Part shown: piece by piece, positions 31,301 to 40,893 of the stretch
How the letters are laid out: each line of letters begins with the position of its first letter
How positions within the stretch are numbered: the first letter of the stretch is position 1
Assembly: GCA_042408215.1 (NCBI GenBank)
Contig: JAYFMW010000006.1
Coordinates: 992,001 to 1,056,000, forward strand
Source of the DNA: Microcoleus sp.
GTDB lineage: Bacteria; Cyanobacteriota; Cyanobacteriia; Cyanobacteriales; Microcoleaceae
Direction of reading: 5' to 3'
DNA length: 64,000 nucleotides
The notes under the pieces: generated by a model
Databases searched by the model: none
What the model saw: the letters and a program-made list of their open reading frames with translations, nothing else
What the model was told of the DNA's origin: nothing
Translations under genes and position numbers: made by a program

Positions 31301-32038
31301 ATCGCTGTAAAATTGGGATTAGATGCGGAATGGCGACGGACTCTCTCGCAGCAAATGAGCGATCGCCATGCTAATCTCTACGAAGACGTAACCTGTGTCA
31401 AAGCGCTTGAGCAGTTCTACCGACAGGTTGTGGAAGACAAGCTAATAACTGATGCCAAAACACCGCCGCTATTGTCAACAGCTAAGAAAAAAGTTCTCCA
31501 TGTTGGCTGCGGGCCTTATTCCAGATCGGGCTTGCATGAGACTTTCAAAACTGATGAATGGCAGGAAGTGCGGCTTGATATTGACCCAAATGTAAAGCCA
31601 GATATTATAAGCTCTATTACAGATATGAGTCCTGTGCCCAGCCAGTCGGTTGATGCAATCTGGTCATCCCATAATATTGAGCATATCTATCCACACGAAG
31701 TGCCGATCGCCTTAGCTGAATTTTACCGCGTACTGAAGCCTGGTGGATTTGTTTTAATCACCTTGCCAGATATCCAGAAAGTAGCAGAGTATGTAGCTCA
31801 AGGGAACTTAGAGGAGCCTATCTACCTTTCTCCTGCTGGCCCAATTGCTGCAATTGATATTCTCTATGGTTTGGGTACAGATCTCGCCAAAGGTAAATAC
31901 TACATGGCACATCGCACAGGTTTCACCCAGGAAAGCCTCGCTCAGAAAATGCAGCAAGTTGGTTTCCATCCCGTTGAAGTCCGCAGTGAAAACCTCAATC
32001 TTTGGGCAACAGCTTATAAGAATAAGCCTATTGAATGA
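28343..32038 (+). CDS. Fusion: SAM methyltransferase + TPR repeats + GT41 glycosyltransferase + C-terminal class I methyltransferase
   Basis: YCEVGCFQG, YDGSHDY; AYNNLGN TPRs; HPVTSGLPTIDYF, DIFLDTFSWSGG; VLHVGCG, SSHNIEH, RVLKPGG. Confidence 0.85.
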   Translation: MDDQRFFEQLPSLYENWEQGLAFPKSDRFQKILNQVTGMTTANVMQLLNFAVECLEPNEVYCEVGCFQGASLIAALLDHPERMAYAVDNFSEFDTFGDSFEKLTENLSSFNLSDQVFFCNQEFEEFFSDLGGLETEDKIGFYFYDGSHDYRSHLMGLLLVRPFLAERAIILVSNSNWSAPQQANYDFLAAHPQCQLLLDKADGDDDNYKIWNGVQLFVWDGTRKHREDGETFGARRNKEVIASLNKLQEAERKKQIDTLHNEAVELHCSGAITPINKGKLVNTENEESFLSLSNENLKKAEKKYQEVLRLEPGNADAWLHLGTLYYMKEQYQDALLLLIKSIEIDPLKTIRHYNLGVVLEAVGDRSQAIRAYQEAIKLDPQNIQAYNNLGNILAQAGEIEQAESVYRQAIAANPEHFGGYLNLGNILMLRQQIDRAIAAYETALRLQPRYPDILNNLGLAFEAKNDKAQASSYLGYAFYRQNKHEIAINYFQKFLEIQTGDRDFYIALADCYQLTNQYDEALKVYEDSISLYPQDENLYFSWILTLQKAGRTQEAIAVASKASQLLPNALQLKREAELLLPVIYEYPEEIKFYRQRFTQGLQNFSQEISLDTADMKKNSFRGISCYQNFLLQYQGSNDLELQKQYGELVHRIMAANYPHWVLPRPMPTLNPTEKIRIGYVSHGMRGNGVGKLLLGWLRNCDRQQFDVYCYHINPEQDALTEKFRVYSDVFHQIGNDLEGVCQQIVSDKLHLLVFVEIGMHPQMIQMAALRLAPIQCASWLHPVTSGLPTIDYFLSSEAMEPENAAEHYSEQLIRLPKLGMSCTKPIIPTQTKKRADFQLRDDAVVYLSCQTLSKYLPQYDYIYPEIAQKVPQSQFVFVAHQSPLITEKLQQRLKQAFAKYGLKNEDYCIILPRQTVISYWQLNLLADIFLDTFSWSGGITTLEAIACNLPIVTCPGELMRGRQSCGMLNILGLTDTIAQDEAEYIDIAVKLGLDAEWRRTLSQQMSDRHANLYEDVTCVKALEQFYRQVVEDKLITDAKTPPLLSTAKKKVLHVGCGPYSRSGLHETFKTDEWQEVRLDIDPNVKPDIISSITDMSPVPSQSVDAIWSSHNIEHIYPHEVPIALAEFYRVLKPGGFVLITLPDIQKVAEYVAQGNLEEPIYLSPAGPIAAIDILYGLGTDLAKGKYYMAHRTGFTQESLAQKMQQVGFHPVEVRSENLNLWATAYKNKPIE

Positions 32039-32090
32039 CAAAATATCATTCTGTACTGTTCTTTGATTAAAAAATATAAGTGGCTTTCTG

Positions 32091-33440
32091 CTAATAATTA
32101 GCCTTAGCAGAACGCTCCCAAGTTTGTTCGTATAATTCCCGCGCGGCTGGGTGCAAAAGATCCCAATCTAAAACCCCCTTCAACACTTGCATCAACAGCT
32201 CAGAATCTACGTCAGCCGATTCCTTTGACCTCAAAATATCGATGACACCGAGAGAATATAGCTCCTCTCCCTCATACCTTCCAAGCAACATAGACAGATC
32301 GATCAAGCGCAACAGGTTATTAATCTCTGTAGGACAAATCTCCCGCAGATGCTGCCGGATTATCCATGTCCCTGGATAGTCGCCCAAAGCCTGTCGCCGC
32401 TTCGCTTCCACTTCTAATACCTGCATTAGTTCTGTTGTCCACAAATCAACTTGCTCCCCATTCCCTTCCGTCATCCCTAACAGCCAAGTCGTCTGAGCTT
32501 CTGCCTCTTGTCCCTGCAACAGCAATGTCAACCCCAAATGCCAGTGGAGGGACTTATTCTCCGGCTCTGCCTGAATTGCCTGCTCATATAAGTTTGCAGC
32601 TTTAGTGTAATCTCCTTGAATCAAACATTCATACCCTTGCTGGTCCAAAGTGGTAGATTCACTCAAAGCAGTCTTTTGTAACAACTTGAGTTCTGTTAAA
32701 TTTTCTATATGTGTAATTAATTCTTTTCGATAACATTTGAGGTGGATTTTCAGTTCTTCTTCTTGCTCTTGGTTGGCACAGTAGCGATTACTGGTTCTGA
32801 AGCAACCCGATTCCTTGACAAAAGCTATATCTACTTGCCATAATGCTGCGTCTAATGGGCGATAGGTAGGGTCAACAATATCGTAGATTACAAATCCATG
32901 TGATTTCATAAAATTGACTATCTCATAAATTTTTCCGAAGAGAGCTGCTTCTATAATCAAATAATCTGTAGCCTCAAGAACTTGAATAGCCCCTTCTAGC
33001 ACATCTAGTTCTCTGCCATCTACATCTATTTTGATTAAGTAAGGATCTTCTAATCGGTGTTCTCTACAGATTTCATCTAGGGTAATAGCTCGTACAGTCC
33101 TTAATTCTAAATCTTCAGAATCAGCCCCCTCACAAGAGTCAGAAATTGAAGAGTGTATTAAATTGGGATGAATTTCGAGCGTAACAACACCAGATTTCTT
33201 GCTCGCAGCAGCAATGATGTACTCTGCCCGCTCAAGAGTTTTACATAGTTGTGCGAGATAAGGTTCGTTCTCTTGGATGGGTTCAATCAGAAAATGGCTG
33301 GATTTAGGAAAAACTTTATAAAGTTCAAATGTTCCTAATGCAGCACCCACATCAATAACTGTTTTAGGTTCAAAGCCCAGTTGCTTTACATTAAATAATG
33401 ACCAAGCCATTGAATCTCTCCGAATTATATCATCGGTCAT
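32091..33440 (-). CDS. FkbM-family methyltransferase fused to a TPR-like domain
   Basis: IDVGA and KIDVDG.E; the C-terminal half is paralogous to the N-terminus of the neighbouring GT41 gene. Confidence 0.8.
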   Translation of the reverse strand: MTDDIIRRDSMAWSLFNVKQLGFEPKTVIDVGAALGTFELYKVFPKSSHFLIEPIQENEPYLAQLCKTLERAEYIIAAASKKSGVVTLEIHPNLIHSSISDSCEGADSEDLELRTVRAITLDEICREHRLEDPYLIKIDVDGRELDVLEGAIQVLEATDYLIIEAALFGKIYEIVNFMKSHGFVIYDIVDPTYRPLDAALWQVDIAFVKESGCFRTSNRYCANQEQEEELKIHLKCYRKELITHIENLTELKLLQKTALSESTTLDQQGYECLIQGDYTKAANLYEQAIQAEPENKSLHWHLGLTLLLQGQEAEAQTTWLLGMTEGNGEQVDLWTTELMQVLEVEAKRRQALGDYPGTWIIRQHLREICPTEINNLLRLIDLSMLLGRYEGEELYSLGVIDILRSKESADVDSELLMQVLKGVLDWDLLHPAARELYEQTWERSAKANY

Positions 33441-33485
33441 AGCTACTTGAAGCCTCACTATTATTAGAAGTAAAGAATTGAATGG

Positions 33486-35723
33486 TTAATTACAAGAATC
33501 TAAGTATTTTTGCCACATTTGCTCATAAGCTTTCTCCATTTCACGGGTAAATTGTTTCCCATTCCACAGAGGTGCTGTTTGCCGTGACTGCCGTAATTTC
33601 CAAGCTATTTGTTGTCGCAGAGAAGAATCTTTTCCTAAACGAACTCCCCATTCCACATATTCTTCATCTGTCCAAGCAATTCCCTCACTCACACCTGCAT
33701 TCACCATCATCGTATAGCTATTGCGACTAGAGAACTGCTGTCCTACGCGGGTTACTATAGGAATACCCATCCACAGGGTTTCCATTGTGGTTGTAGCTCC
33801 GTTATAAGGATAAGTATCGAGTACCACATCAGCAATAGCTAGGTTGGCTCGGTGAATTTCCTCTGAAGATACCAAGGGAAGAAATCGCAAACGATCCCCA
33901 GCCACACCCTCAGATTCTGCAATCTTAATAAAAAAGTTTTGGAGGGCTTCTTGATCCGCTAAGCCTTTAACAATGAAGTAGCTATTGGGTACTGCTTGCA
34001 TAATTTGCATTTGCAGCCGTACCGTATTCGGATTGTATTTATATCCTCTCTGAGCGCTCAGATATATAACAGCATCACTAGGAATATTCAAATTATCCCG
34101 ACGCAGCGTTGGCACACCTACCTCAAAACCATCTACTGCTATGTAAGTTTGAGGTAAACGCCAGATCTTTTCCGTGTAGTAATCCTGAGCGGATTCTGGT
34201 AAAACGTAAGGATCGGCAATGTAGTAATCAATTGCTGGTACTCCTGAAGCATCCCAACCAAGCCAGGTGACTTGTACGGGTGCTGGTTTCATTGCCATAA
34301 TCTCAGAAATATTATTCAGAGTCAGACTATCGAGATCGATCAAAATATCAATCTCATCTTTGTTAATCAGTTCTGCTATCCCACTACTATCTAACGCCAA
34401 TTTATACGCCTTGTCAGATTGACTAATATACCATTCTTGCAAAGGGTCATCTGTCTGTTCCGAACTTAATAAATAAGTATTAATTTCAAAAACATCGCGG
34501 TTATGATACTGAAATAACCACCGGGCTAAATGCCCGACAGAATGCTTGCGGAGACAATAGGAAATATATCCAATCTTTAAACGTTTAGTAGAACCTTTAT
34601 ATTTCGGATTATAAAAACGTTTTTGGCGATATCGCTCTACTTGCTCTTTCGCATATTTTTCTATATTTTTTTGACAAATTTGACCAATTTGGCTCCTAAT
34701 TATTCCATTCTCTTCAGGACTATCCTGAAAGTACGGAAAGAAAAAACAAGAACTAAATAAGCGGATTGTCGCGCTGGAGGTAAGGGATGAAGGTTGTTCT
34801 TCGTGTAAAGCAGCAAGTAGAGATTTATGACTCTCCATGACCGAACAAAACTCATCCCAATAACCACCCGCGCTCATTAAACCACGCATAATCAGATGAT
34901 TCGCATAAACTTTATCCGCTAAATTATCTATGACTGAATAACATAACTTTGCAGTTTCAATTCCTTTAGAATATTCACAAATATCTTGATAAAGACAAGA
35001 CAGAGTTCGTAATAATTCTGGGTCCTTTGGTTCTAAACATAATCCTAGTTCAGTAAAACGTGTCGCTAGAACAAATTGCTTGGCTGAGTAAGCGGTAGTA
35101 TAAACAAACTTTATCAAATTATCTAAAAAAGGAAGGCTTTCTTTAACATAAGGGAGACAGGCTTCTGTGAAATTTAAAGAGGATGGGTGAAGAGGAGCCT
35201 GTTCTAAAACATTTTTCCATACTTGTAGTAATAATTCCGAATCGGTGGTGGTTCCAGCTTCAGATTTGAGCAGATCAATTACACCTAGCTCATTCAATTC
35301 ATCCCCTGTATATCTGCCCAGTAAGGTGGATAAACCAATTAAATGCAACAGATTGTTAATATCATTGGGGTTAACTTCCCTGATATGCTGCCGGATTACC
35401 CAAGCTGATGAATAATCTGCTAGCTCTAGCCGCCGTCGCTCAGCTTCAGCTTGTAGCACCTGTATCAAATCTTCTACCGATTGTTCGATTTCTTCGCCAC
35501 TCCCCTCAGGCATTGCTAACAGCCAAGTTGTTTGAGCTTCTGCTTCTTGTCCCTGCAACAGCAAAATCAATCCTAAGTGCCAGTAGTACGACTTGACGCT
35601 AGGTTCTACAGTAATTCCTGCTTCATAGAGTTTTGCAGCTTGAAGATAATCACCAGCTCGGAAATATTGAGCAGCTTGCTCCTGCCAATCTGATGCCATA
35701 ACCGACAAATTTTGGTCAACCAT
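33486..35723 (-). CDS. O-GlcNAc transferase/SPINDLY-like GT41 protein
   Basis: KIGYIS...HSVG, KPAPVQVTWLG, DVVLDTYPYNGATTT.E.LWMG.P. Confidence 0.9.
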   Translation of the reverse strand: MVDQNLSVMASDWQEQAAQYFRAGDYLQAAKLYEAGITVEPSVKSYYWHLGLILLLQGQEAEAQTTWLLAMPEGSGEEIEQSVEDLIQVLQAEAERRRLELADYSSAWVIRQHIREVNPNDINNLLHLIGLSTLLGRYTGDELNELGVIDLLKSEAGTTTDSELLLQVWKNVLEQAPLHPSSLNFTEACLPYVKESLPFLDNLIKFVYTTAYSAKQFVLATRFTELGLCLEPKDPELLRTLSCLYQDICEYSKGIETAKLCYSVIDNLADKVYANHLIMRGLMSAGGYWDEFCSVMESHKSLLAALHEEQPSSLTSSATIRLFSSCFFFPYFQDSPEENGIIRSQIGQICQKNIEKYAKEQVERYRQKRFYNPKYKGSTKRLKIGYISYCLRKHSVGHLARWLFQYHNRDVFEINTYLLSSEQTDDPLQEWYISQSDKAYKLALDSSGIAELINKDEIDILIDLDSLTLNNISEIMAMKPAPVQVTWLGWDASGVPAIDYYIADPYVLPESAQDYYTEKIWRLPQTYIAVDGFEVGVPTLRRDNLNIPSDAVIYLSAQRGYKYNPNTVRLQMQIMQAVPNSYFIVKGLADQEALQNFFIKIAESEGVAGDRLRFLPLVSSEEIHRANLAIADVVLDTYPYNGATTTMETLWMGIPIVTRVGQQFSSRNSYTMMVNAGVSEGIAWTDEEYVEWGVRLGKDSSLRQQIAWKLRQSRQTAPLWNGKQFTREMEKAYEQMWQKYLDSCN

Positions 35724-35786
35724 AGGGTGAGCCTACATCTAAAAAATTCTCTGAGAAATCAACCTGAGTATTACTAAATAAACCAA

Positions 35787-35816
35787 AGCGGATAGTACAC
35801 AAAGGACTACCCGCTT
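35787..35816 (-). terminator. Hairpin downstream of the pilin gene
   Basis: AAGCGGGTAGT..ACTATCCGCTT stem followed by TGGTTT on the minus strand. Confidence 0.5.
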
Positions 35817-35861
35817 CTTGCTTTTTCCTAACAAAGGAGTCGTAACGTTGGCACTCAGGAA

Positions 35862-36374
35862 TTACTTGGTAACTTGTGTCATGGTACCAGCACAGCCGAC
35901 CGTGGCGCCATCAGCAGTACCTACTACTGCCGTACCCGTTGTGGTACTTTCGCAGAGAATAGATTGAGTACCTTTTGCTTCTCCCGACGGAACTAAACCT
36001 ACAGTTCCAGCATATCCCTTAAGAGCAGCAAGTGGTGTTGCAAGAACATGAGCTCCATTTTCACCTGCGAGCGAGAGTGTGTATGTGAAGTTAGTGGTTG
36101 AAGTTTTCAGACCAAGACCCAAGGAAGTCATTTGATCGGTAAACTTGCTAGTTTCTGCATAGACTGCTTGTTGAGCTTTGTTAACTGAGCTAGCGTACTG
36201 CTTACCTTCAGATTGCTTCGCTTTGTTTGCTTGGCTGAGGAAGGAAGGCAAAGCGATCGCCGACAAAATACCGATAATGATAATAACAACCAGCAGTTCA
36301 ATCAGGGTGAAACCTTGATCCTGTCTTTTTTTGTTGATGTGTTGCAGGAACTTGGCTTTAAGTTCAGTCTTCAT
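35862..36374 (-). CDS. pilA: Type IV pilin (PilA-like)
   Basis: Prepilin site G|FTLIELLVVIIIIGILSAIALP; AGGAG RBS; C-terminal Cys pair. Confidence 0.9.
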   Translation of the reverse strand: MKTELKAKFLQHINKKRQDQGFTLIELLVVIIIIGILSAIALPSFLSQANKAKQSEGKQYASSVNKAQQAVYAETSKFTDQMTSLGLGLKTSTTNFTYTLSLAGENGAHVLATPLAALKGYAGTVGLVPSGEAKGTQSILCESTTTGTAVVGTADGATVGCAGTMTQVTK

Positions 36375-36427
36375 AAGTCTTTTCTCCTTGAGGGGTGGGA
36401 TGCTCGATTTCTAACTCTTATATGTAA

Positions 36428-36434
36428 CTTACCC
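36428..36434 (-). promoter_or_regulatory. Putative SigF-type promoter element GGGTAAG
   Basis: About 55 nt upstream of the pilin ATG; matches the GGGT(A) motif known for cyanobacterial pilA promoters. Confidence 0.5.
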
Positions 36435-36488
36435 AGTTATCGGCACTTTAATATCACCCCACACTATTTTTTTTTTCAACTCCTAGCT

Positions 36489-37808
36489 CTAAGGCTCCAA
36501 AAGGACGTACAGAAAGACTTCCAGCCCGATCAACAGTTCCTTGACTTCCGAGGAGGCCGTCTCCTCGCTAACAGGCTCTAGGTTAACACCGATCTGGGAG
36601 CGGATTTGGAGCCACTGCTCCACCAGGGACACCAAAGACTGCGGCCCCTCCCACAGAGGTAGCAAGCAAGCAGCTATTATACAGTCGATCGCCACCGGCG
36701 CTAGAGTTGGGACAATAATATAACGACTAATCTCAAACGGCGTCTGGCTGTCAATGCAATTAATCAAGTCTTCCCTCACCTGGGAAGTCATCAGTTGAGG
36801 GTGCAGGTGAACCCGTGCTTCCCGCCATTGAGCCTCCGTCCATTCCGCCACGGGCAGAAAATCCTGATCCCGATCGGGATTGCCGCACCAGAAATCAAAC
36901 AAACGGTGCAGAGGATGTAACAAGTCAAATAAGTGCAGTCGCTCTTCCACAGAAGCTTCTGGCAGACTCATCGCCAAAAACGGAGGCAAATCATCTGCAT
37001 CTTTGAACAAATCCATCAATTCCCACCTGCGCCAAGCCACCATACTGATAAACTCTAAATCAGCAGCCCTCAACATGGCAAACAGTTCAGGCACGCTACA
37101 GCCTTTGTCACCCAACAATAAATAGTTTGCCATAATCCATCCCTCATCCTGCGCGAGAGTGGCATTCCACCCAGCCGTCTTGAGCCATATTTCATCTCTC
37201 AAGGCTTCCATAGTCTCCCGGACTATTTCTATCTCCAATTCTCCCGGACTTCCATCCATTAATCCCATTGCTTTGAAAGCAGCTTGAGCGCGAAATATTC
37301 CCGCTCTACCATTTGAACTGTGTAGGTTTGTGCGGATGATGCCATCGCGAGCTAGAACAGATTTCATCGCTTGCAATCCAGCAATAGCATCTGGCAAGAG
37401 ATACAGAACTTCGTCAGCATTGATATAGTCAAACTGTAACCCTAAACTCGGTAATTCTTCTATTTTGATAGCATAAAATTCGGCATTTTCAAATCCGTGA
37501 TATTGCAAGCGGTGGCGGGCTAATTTAACTGATTCTTCTGATAAATCAATTCCCACAATTTTAGATCCCGGATTAGCTTGAGCCAAAACTAAGGATTTGT
37601 AGCCACTACCGCATCCCGCATCCAGAATCAGTTTGCCTTCTGTCTTGACAACTTTCCGATTTCTGAAGTAGTAAGCAGTTACAAGATTATGAAGGTAGAG
37701 CAATTCATAGTCAGACTCAGGAGATTTTTCGAGAGGAATTCTCGGAAAAGGGGCATAGTCAAATTGCTGGCGAATTTTCTCGATTAAGTCAGATTCTTTA
37801 TTTTCCAT
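36489..37808 (-). CDS. Class I SAM-dependent methyltransferase
   Basis: ILDAGCGSG, GIDLS, FDYI. Confidence 0.85.
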   Translation of the reverse strand: MENKESDLIEKIRQQFDYAPFPRIPLEKSPESDYELLYLHNLVTAYYFRNRKVVKTEGKLILDAGCGSGYKSLVLAQANPGSKIVGIDLSEESVKLARHRLQYHGFENAEFYAIKIEELPSLGLQFDYINADEVLYLLPDAIAGLQAMKSVLARDGIIRTNLHSSNGRAGIFRAQAAFKAMGLMDGSPGELEIEIVRETMEALRDEIWLKTAGWNATLAQDEGWIMANYLLLGDKGCSVPELFAMLRAADLEFISMVAWRRWELMDLFKDADDLPPFLAMSLPEASVEERLHLFDLLHPLHRLFDFWCGNPDRDQDFLPVAEWTEAQWREARVHLHPQLMTSQVREDLINCIDSQTPFEISRYIIVPTLAPVAIDCIIAACLLPLWEGPQSLVSLVEQWLQIRSQIGVNLEPVSEETASSEVKELLIGLEVFLYVLLEP

Positions 37809-37961
37809 TATGAATAAGTCCTGATGCTGGTAAATGAGGTTACGGCACTTCCTATTCTAAAATGGAAAGGAATGTTATCCCCAACTGATCGCCCGCCCAC
37901 CCGCAACACATACTTGCAATAATAGTCTGAAAACCAGATTATATAACCAACCACGACTTCC

Positions 37962-38147
37962 ATGAACACCAACATCAGCCCCATCCTCAAAGTATTCACC
38001 CTCTCCGCCGCCCTTTCCCTCGCCATCAAGTACGCAGGGCCTAGCTTATCCATACCCTCTACCGACTTCAACGCCCTCATCGCCATCCTTTCCCCCAGTC
38101 TGATCGTAGCTGCTATCCTCGGCTGGCGGGCATCGCAACAGCAGTAG
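37962..38147 (+). CDS. Small two-TM hypothetical protein
   Basis: 61 aa; two hydrophobic stretches around IKYAGP. Confidence 0.6.
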   Translation: MNTNISPILKVFTLSAALSLAIKYAGPSLSIPSTDFNALIAILSPSLIVAAILGWRASQQQ

Positions 38148-38259
38148 AGAGGCGATCGAGAGTGCGATCGATCTAAACTTAGTCTAAAGACTATGCCAAA
38201 AACTCAATTCCTGCCTGTTTTCCCGTACAGCTATCAAAACCAAACTCAAGGCACTCACC

Positions 38260-38877
38260 ATGATTCAAACCATAACAGAATTAGTAACATTTGATGAATT
38301 CATAGACTGGTATCCTGAGAATTCAGAACACCACTACGAATTACACAATGGAGAAATTGTTGAAATGCCAAAAGCAACAGGAAAACATTCTAAAGTGGCC
38401 GGTTTTACCGCACTGAAGGTAGGAATTGAGATTGAGCGTCTCAATTTGCCCTACTTCATCCCCAAAGAATGCGTCATCAAACCCATGCGGGAGGAATCTG
38501 GGTATGAGCCAGATATCATTGTACTCAACGAACAAACTATCGGAAACGAGCCGCGATGGGATAAATCATCAATTATTACAATGGGTTCATCAGTACCTTT
38601 AATCGTAGAAGTAACTAGCACTAACTGGGGGGATGATTATGCCCTCAAACTAGAGGCTTATGAATCAATGGGCATCCAAGAATATTGGATTGTAGACTAT
38701 CTAGGATTGGGCGGCAGACGGTTTATTGGGAATCCCAAACAACCTACTTTTTCAGTTTATCAACTCGTTGATGGCGAGTACCAAGTCAAACTGTTCAGAA
38801 ATGGCGATCGCATTGAGTCCCCAATTTTCCCCGAATTAAACCTGACGCCAGAGCAGGTGTTCGCCAAAGGCAAATGA
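38260..38877 (+). CDS. Uma2 family protein, paralog of 19079-19705
   Basis: Shared YELHNG and EYWIVDYLGLGGRR. Confidence 0.9.
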   Translation: MIQTITELVTFDEFIDWYPENSEHHYELHNGEIVEMPKATGKHSKVAGFTALKVGIEIERLNLPYFIPKECVIKPMREESGYEPDIIVLNEQTIGNEPRWDKSSIITMGSSVPLIVEVTSTNWGDDYALKLEAYESMGIQEYWIVDYLGLGGRRFIGNPKQPTFSVYQLVDGEYQVKLFRNGDRIESPIFPELNLTPEQVFAKGK

Positions 38878-38974
38878 GGATTCTGTTTCCTCTGCTGTCA
38901 AAGTAGGGTATTTTAGTGAACATAGGAGTCAACTTGAGCTGTGAACTTAGTGCCAGACTGGTGTCTGACGATTA

Positions 38975-39110
38975 GGACTAGATCCCCCCTAGCCCCCCTT
39001 AAGAAGGGGGGAACCGGAAGCGCTCAAAGTCAACCCCTACTCCCCCTCTCCCTTAAGGGGGATTTAGGGGGATCGAAACTCGGTTATAAACGAGAGATAC
39101 AAAGGGTTAT
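38975..39110. repeat. CCCCCTTAAGAAGGGGG palindrome repeat (internal MITE module without TIRs)
   Basis: Reverse-complement similarity to about 17880-17966. Confidence 0.65.
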
Positions 39111-39174
39111 AGTCTTATAATTCCCAATACTCTACTCCCCAATCTCAAATCTCAAATCTCAAATCTCCAACCAA

Positions 39175-39471
39175 GTCAATCACCCACCGCTAATCGGAGT
39201 ACCGATATAGCGGGGGCAAGAAATTCGCCTAGTTGACCAGTCTAAGTAAGAGAACACTTCGACACTTCGACTACGCGAGCGTGCGACGCTTCGCTCAGTG
39301 GAGCCACTTTTACTACGTTTAGGGCAAGAGTTAAAGACCTACCAGTGGATGCGAAGCTAGTCCACTGCTCTAGAACTCAGAAGTTAAACAGGCTTAAGGG
39401 TTAAACCAGTGCTTTTGAGATAGTTACCGACCTTAAACATTGACGAAGCTAACATTACCCCGCAAGGGAGG
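39175..39471 (+). ncRNA. omegaRNA/HEARO scaffold upstream of iscB
   Basis: GTCAA..TTGAC stem and conserved blocks shared with two other copies; directly 5' of iscB. Confidence 0.85.
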
Positions 39472-39478
39472 ACTTAAA

Positions 39479-40751
39479 ATGTCTAATTTTGTTTTCGTAC
39501 TTGATACCCAGAAACGACCACTCAATCCAATAGGACCAGGAATGGCTCGTAAGTTACTAACTACTGGCAAAGCGGCTGTTTTCAAAAGGTATCCATTTAC
39601 CATAATCCTCAAAGTGGAAGTAATAGCAACTCCAGAACCAATCACCTTAAAAATAGATCCTGGTTCTCAAACTACTGGCATCGCATTAGTGCAAGGTAAT
39701 CAGGTGATCTGGGGTGCTGAACTAACCCATCGTGGTCAAGCCATCAAAGCAAGCCTTGAGTCCCGTCGCTCAATACGTCGGTCACGCAGAAATCGCCATA
39801 CTCGCTACCGGAGAGCAAGATTTTTGAATCGCACCCGATCGAAAGGTTGGTTAGCCCCTAGTTTGCAACATCGAGTCGAAACAACTTTGACTTGGGTGAA
39901 CAAATTAATTAGGTTTGCCCCCATCGGTTCAATTGTTCAAGAACTGGTCAGGTTTGATTTACAACAATTAGAAAATCCTGAAATTTCAGGCATTGAATAT
40001 CAGCAAGGAGAATTAGCTGGCTACGAAGTTCGGGAATATCTATTGAACAAATGGGACAGGAAATGCGCTTACTGTAGTGTTGAAAATGTACCTTTGCAAG
40101 TAGAACATATTCGTCCCAAAGCCAAAGGTGGCAGCGATCGCATTTCTAACCTTTGCCTTGCTTGTGAGAAGTGCAACCTCAAGAAAGGTACTCAGGATGT
40201 CGAGCAATTCTTAGCCAAGAAACCAGACGTTCTGAAGTGCATTCTTGCACAAGCTAAACGTCCTCTCAAGGATGCAGCAGCCGTCAACTCTACCAGATGG
40301 GCATTGTTCAATCGCCTTAAAGAAACGGGATTGCCTGTTTCGACTGGTTCGGGTGGATTAACTAAGTTCAACCGGACTCGATTGAAACTAGCTAAAACCC
40401 ATTGGATTGATGCCGCTTGTGTTGGTCAAATTGAATCGTTATCTGTGCTGACAAACAAGCCGTTGTTAATTAAGACGACGGGATACGGTACTCGTCAAAT
40501 GTGTCGCACGGATAAATTTGGTTTCCCATCTCGCTATGTGCCACGACTTAAGTTTGTCAAGGGGTTTCAGACTGGCGACATCGTGAGGGGCAACTGTTAC
40601 CAGTGGCAAGAAAATTGGCACGTATGTCGGGCGTGTTGCCGTTAGGTCTAGCGGTTCGTTCAATATCTCCGCAGATACCTTGGTTCAGGGTATTAGTTCC
40701 AAATATTGCAAAACCATTCACAAAAAGGACGGATATAACTATGCCTTTTGA
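39479..40751 (+). pseudogene. iscB: IscB RNA-guided nuclease, frameshifted near the C-terminus
   Basis: PLMP-like RPLNP, IDPGS, RRxRR helix, ELVRFD, HNH (CAYC..EHI.P..GG..N..C..CN), HWIDAAC; an extra G in 40587-40590 shifts off the tail ending KKDGYNYAF*. Confidence 0.85.
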
Positions 40752-40893
40752 GCTGGTTGGTGAATTACTCAACTGTCCCCATCCCTGTTTTTGCTAACGC
40801 AAAAATTCACTCAGGGGACGTTTCGCAATTCACCCCCATTCCTCCCAACACCGAGCTGAGTACAGCTATGGTGTGGGTCTCCTGGGGGCTGAG

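Larger units (their letters stand above)
39175..40893 (+). mobile_element. IS200/IS605 IscB element (omegaRNA + iscB)
   Basis: Starts GTCA; subterminal hairpins with GAGTAC at the apex at both ends; ends just before ATGA at 40894. Confidence 0.85.

Noticed and set aside
39479..40751. Cas9
   Set aside because: About 420 aa with a PLMP-like N-terminus, no REC lobe and no array; this fits IscB
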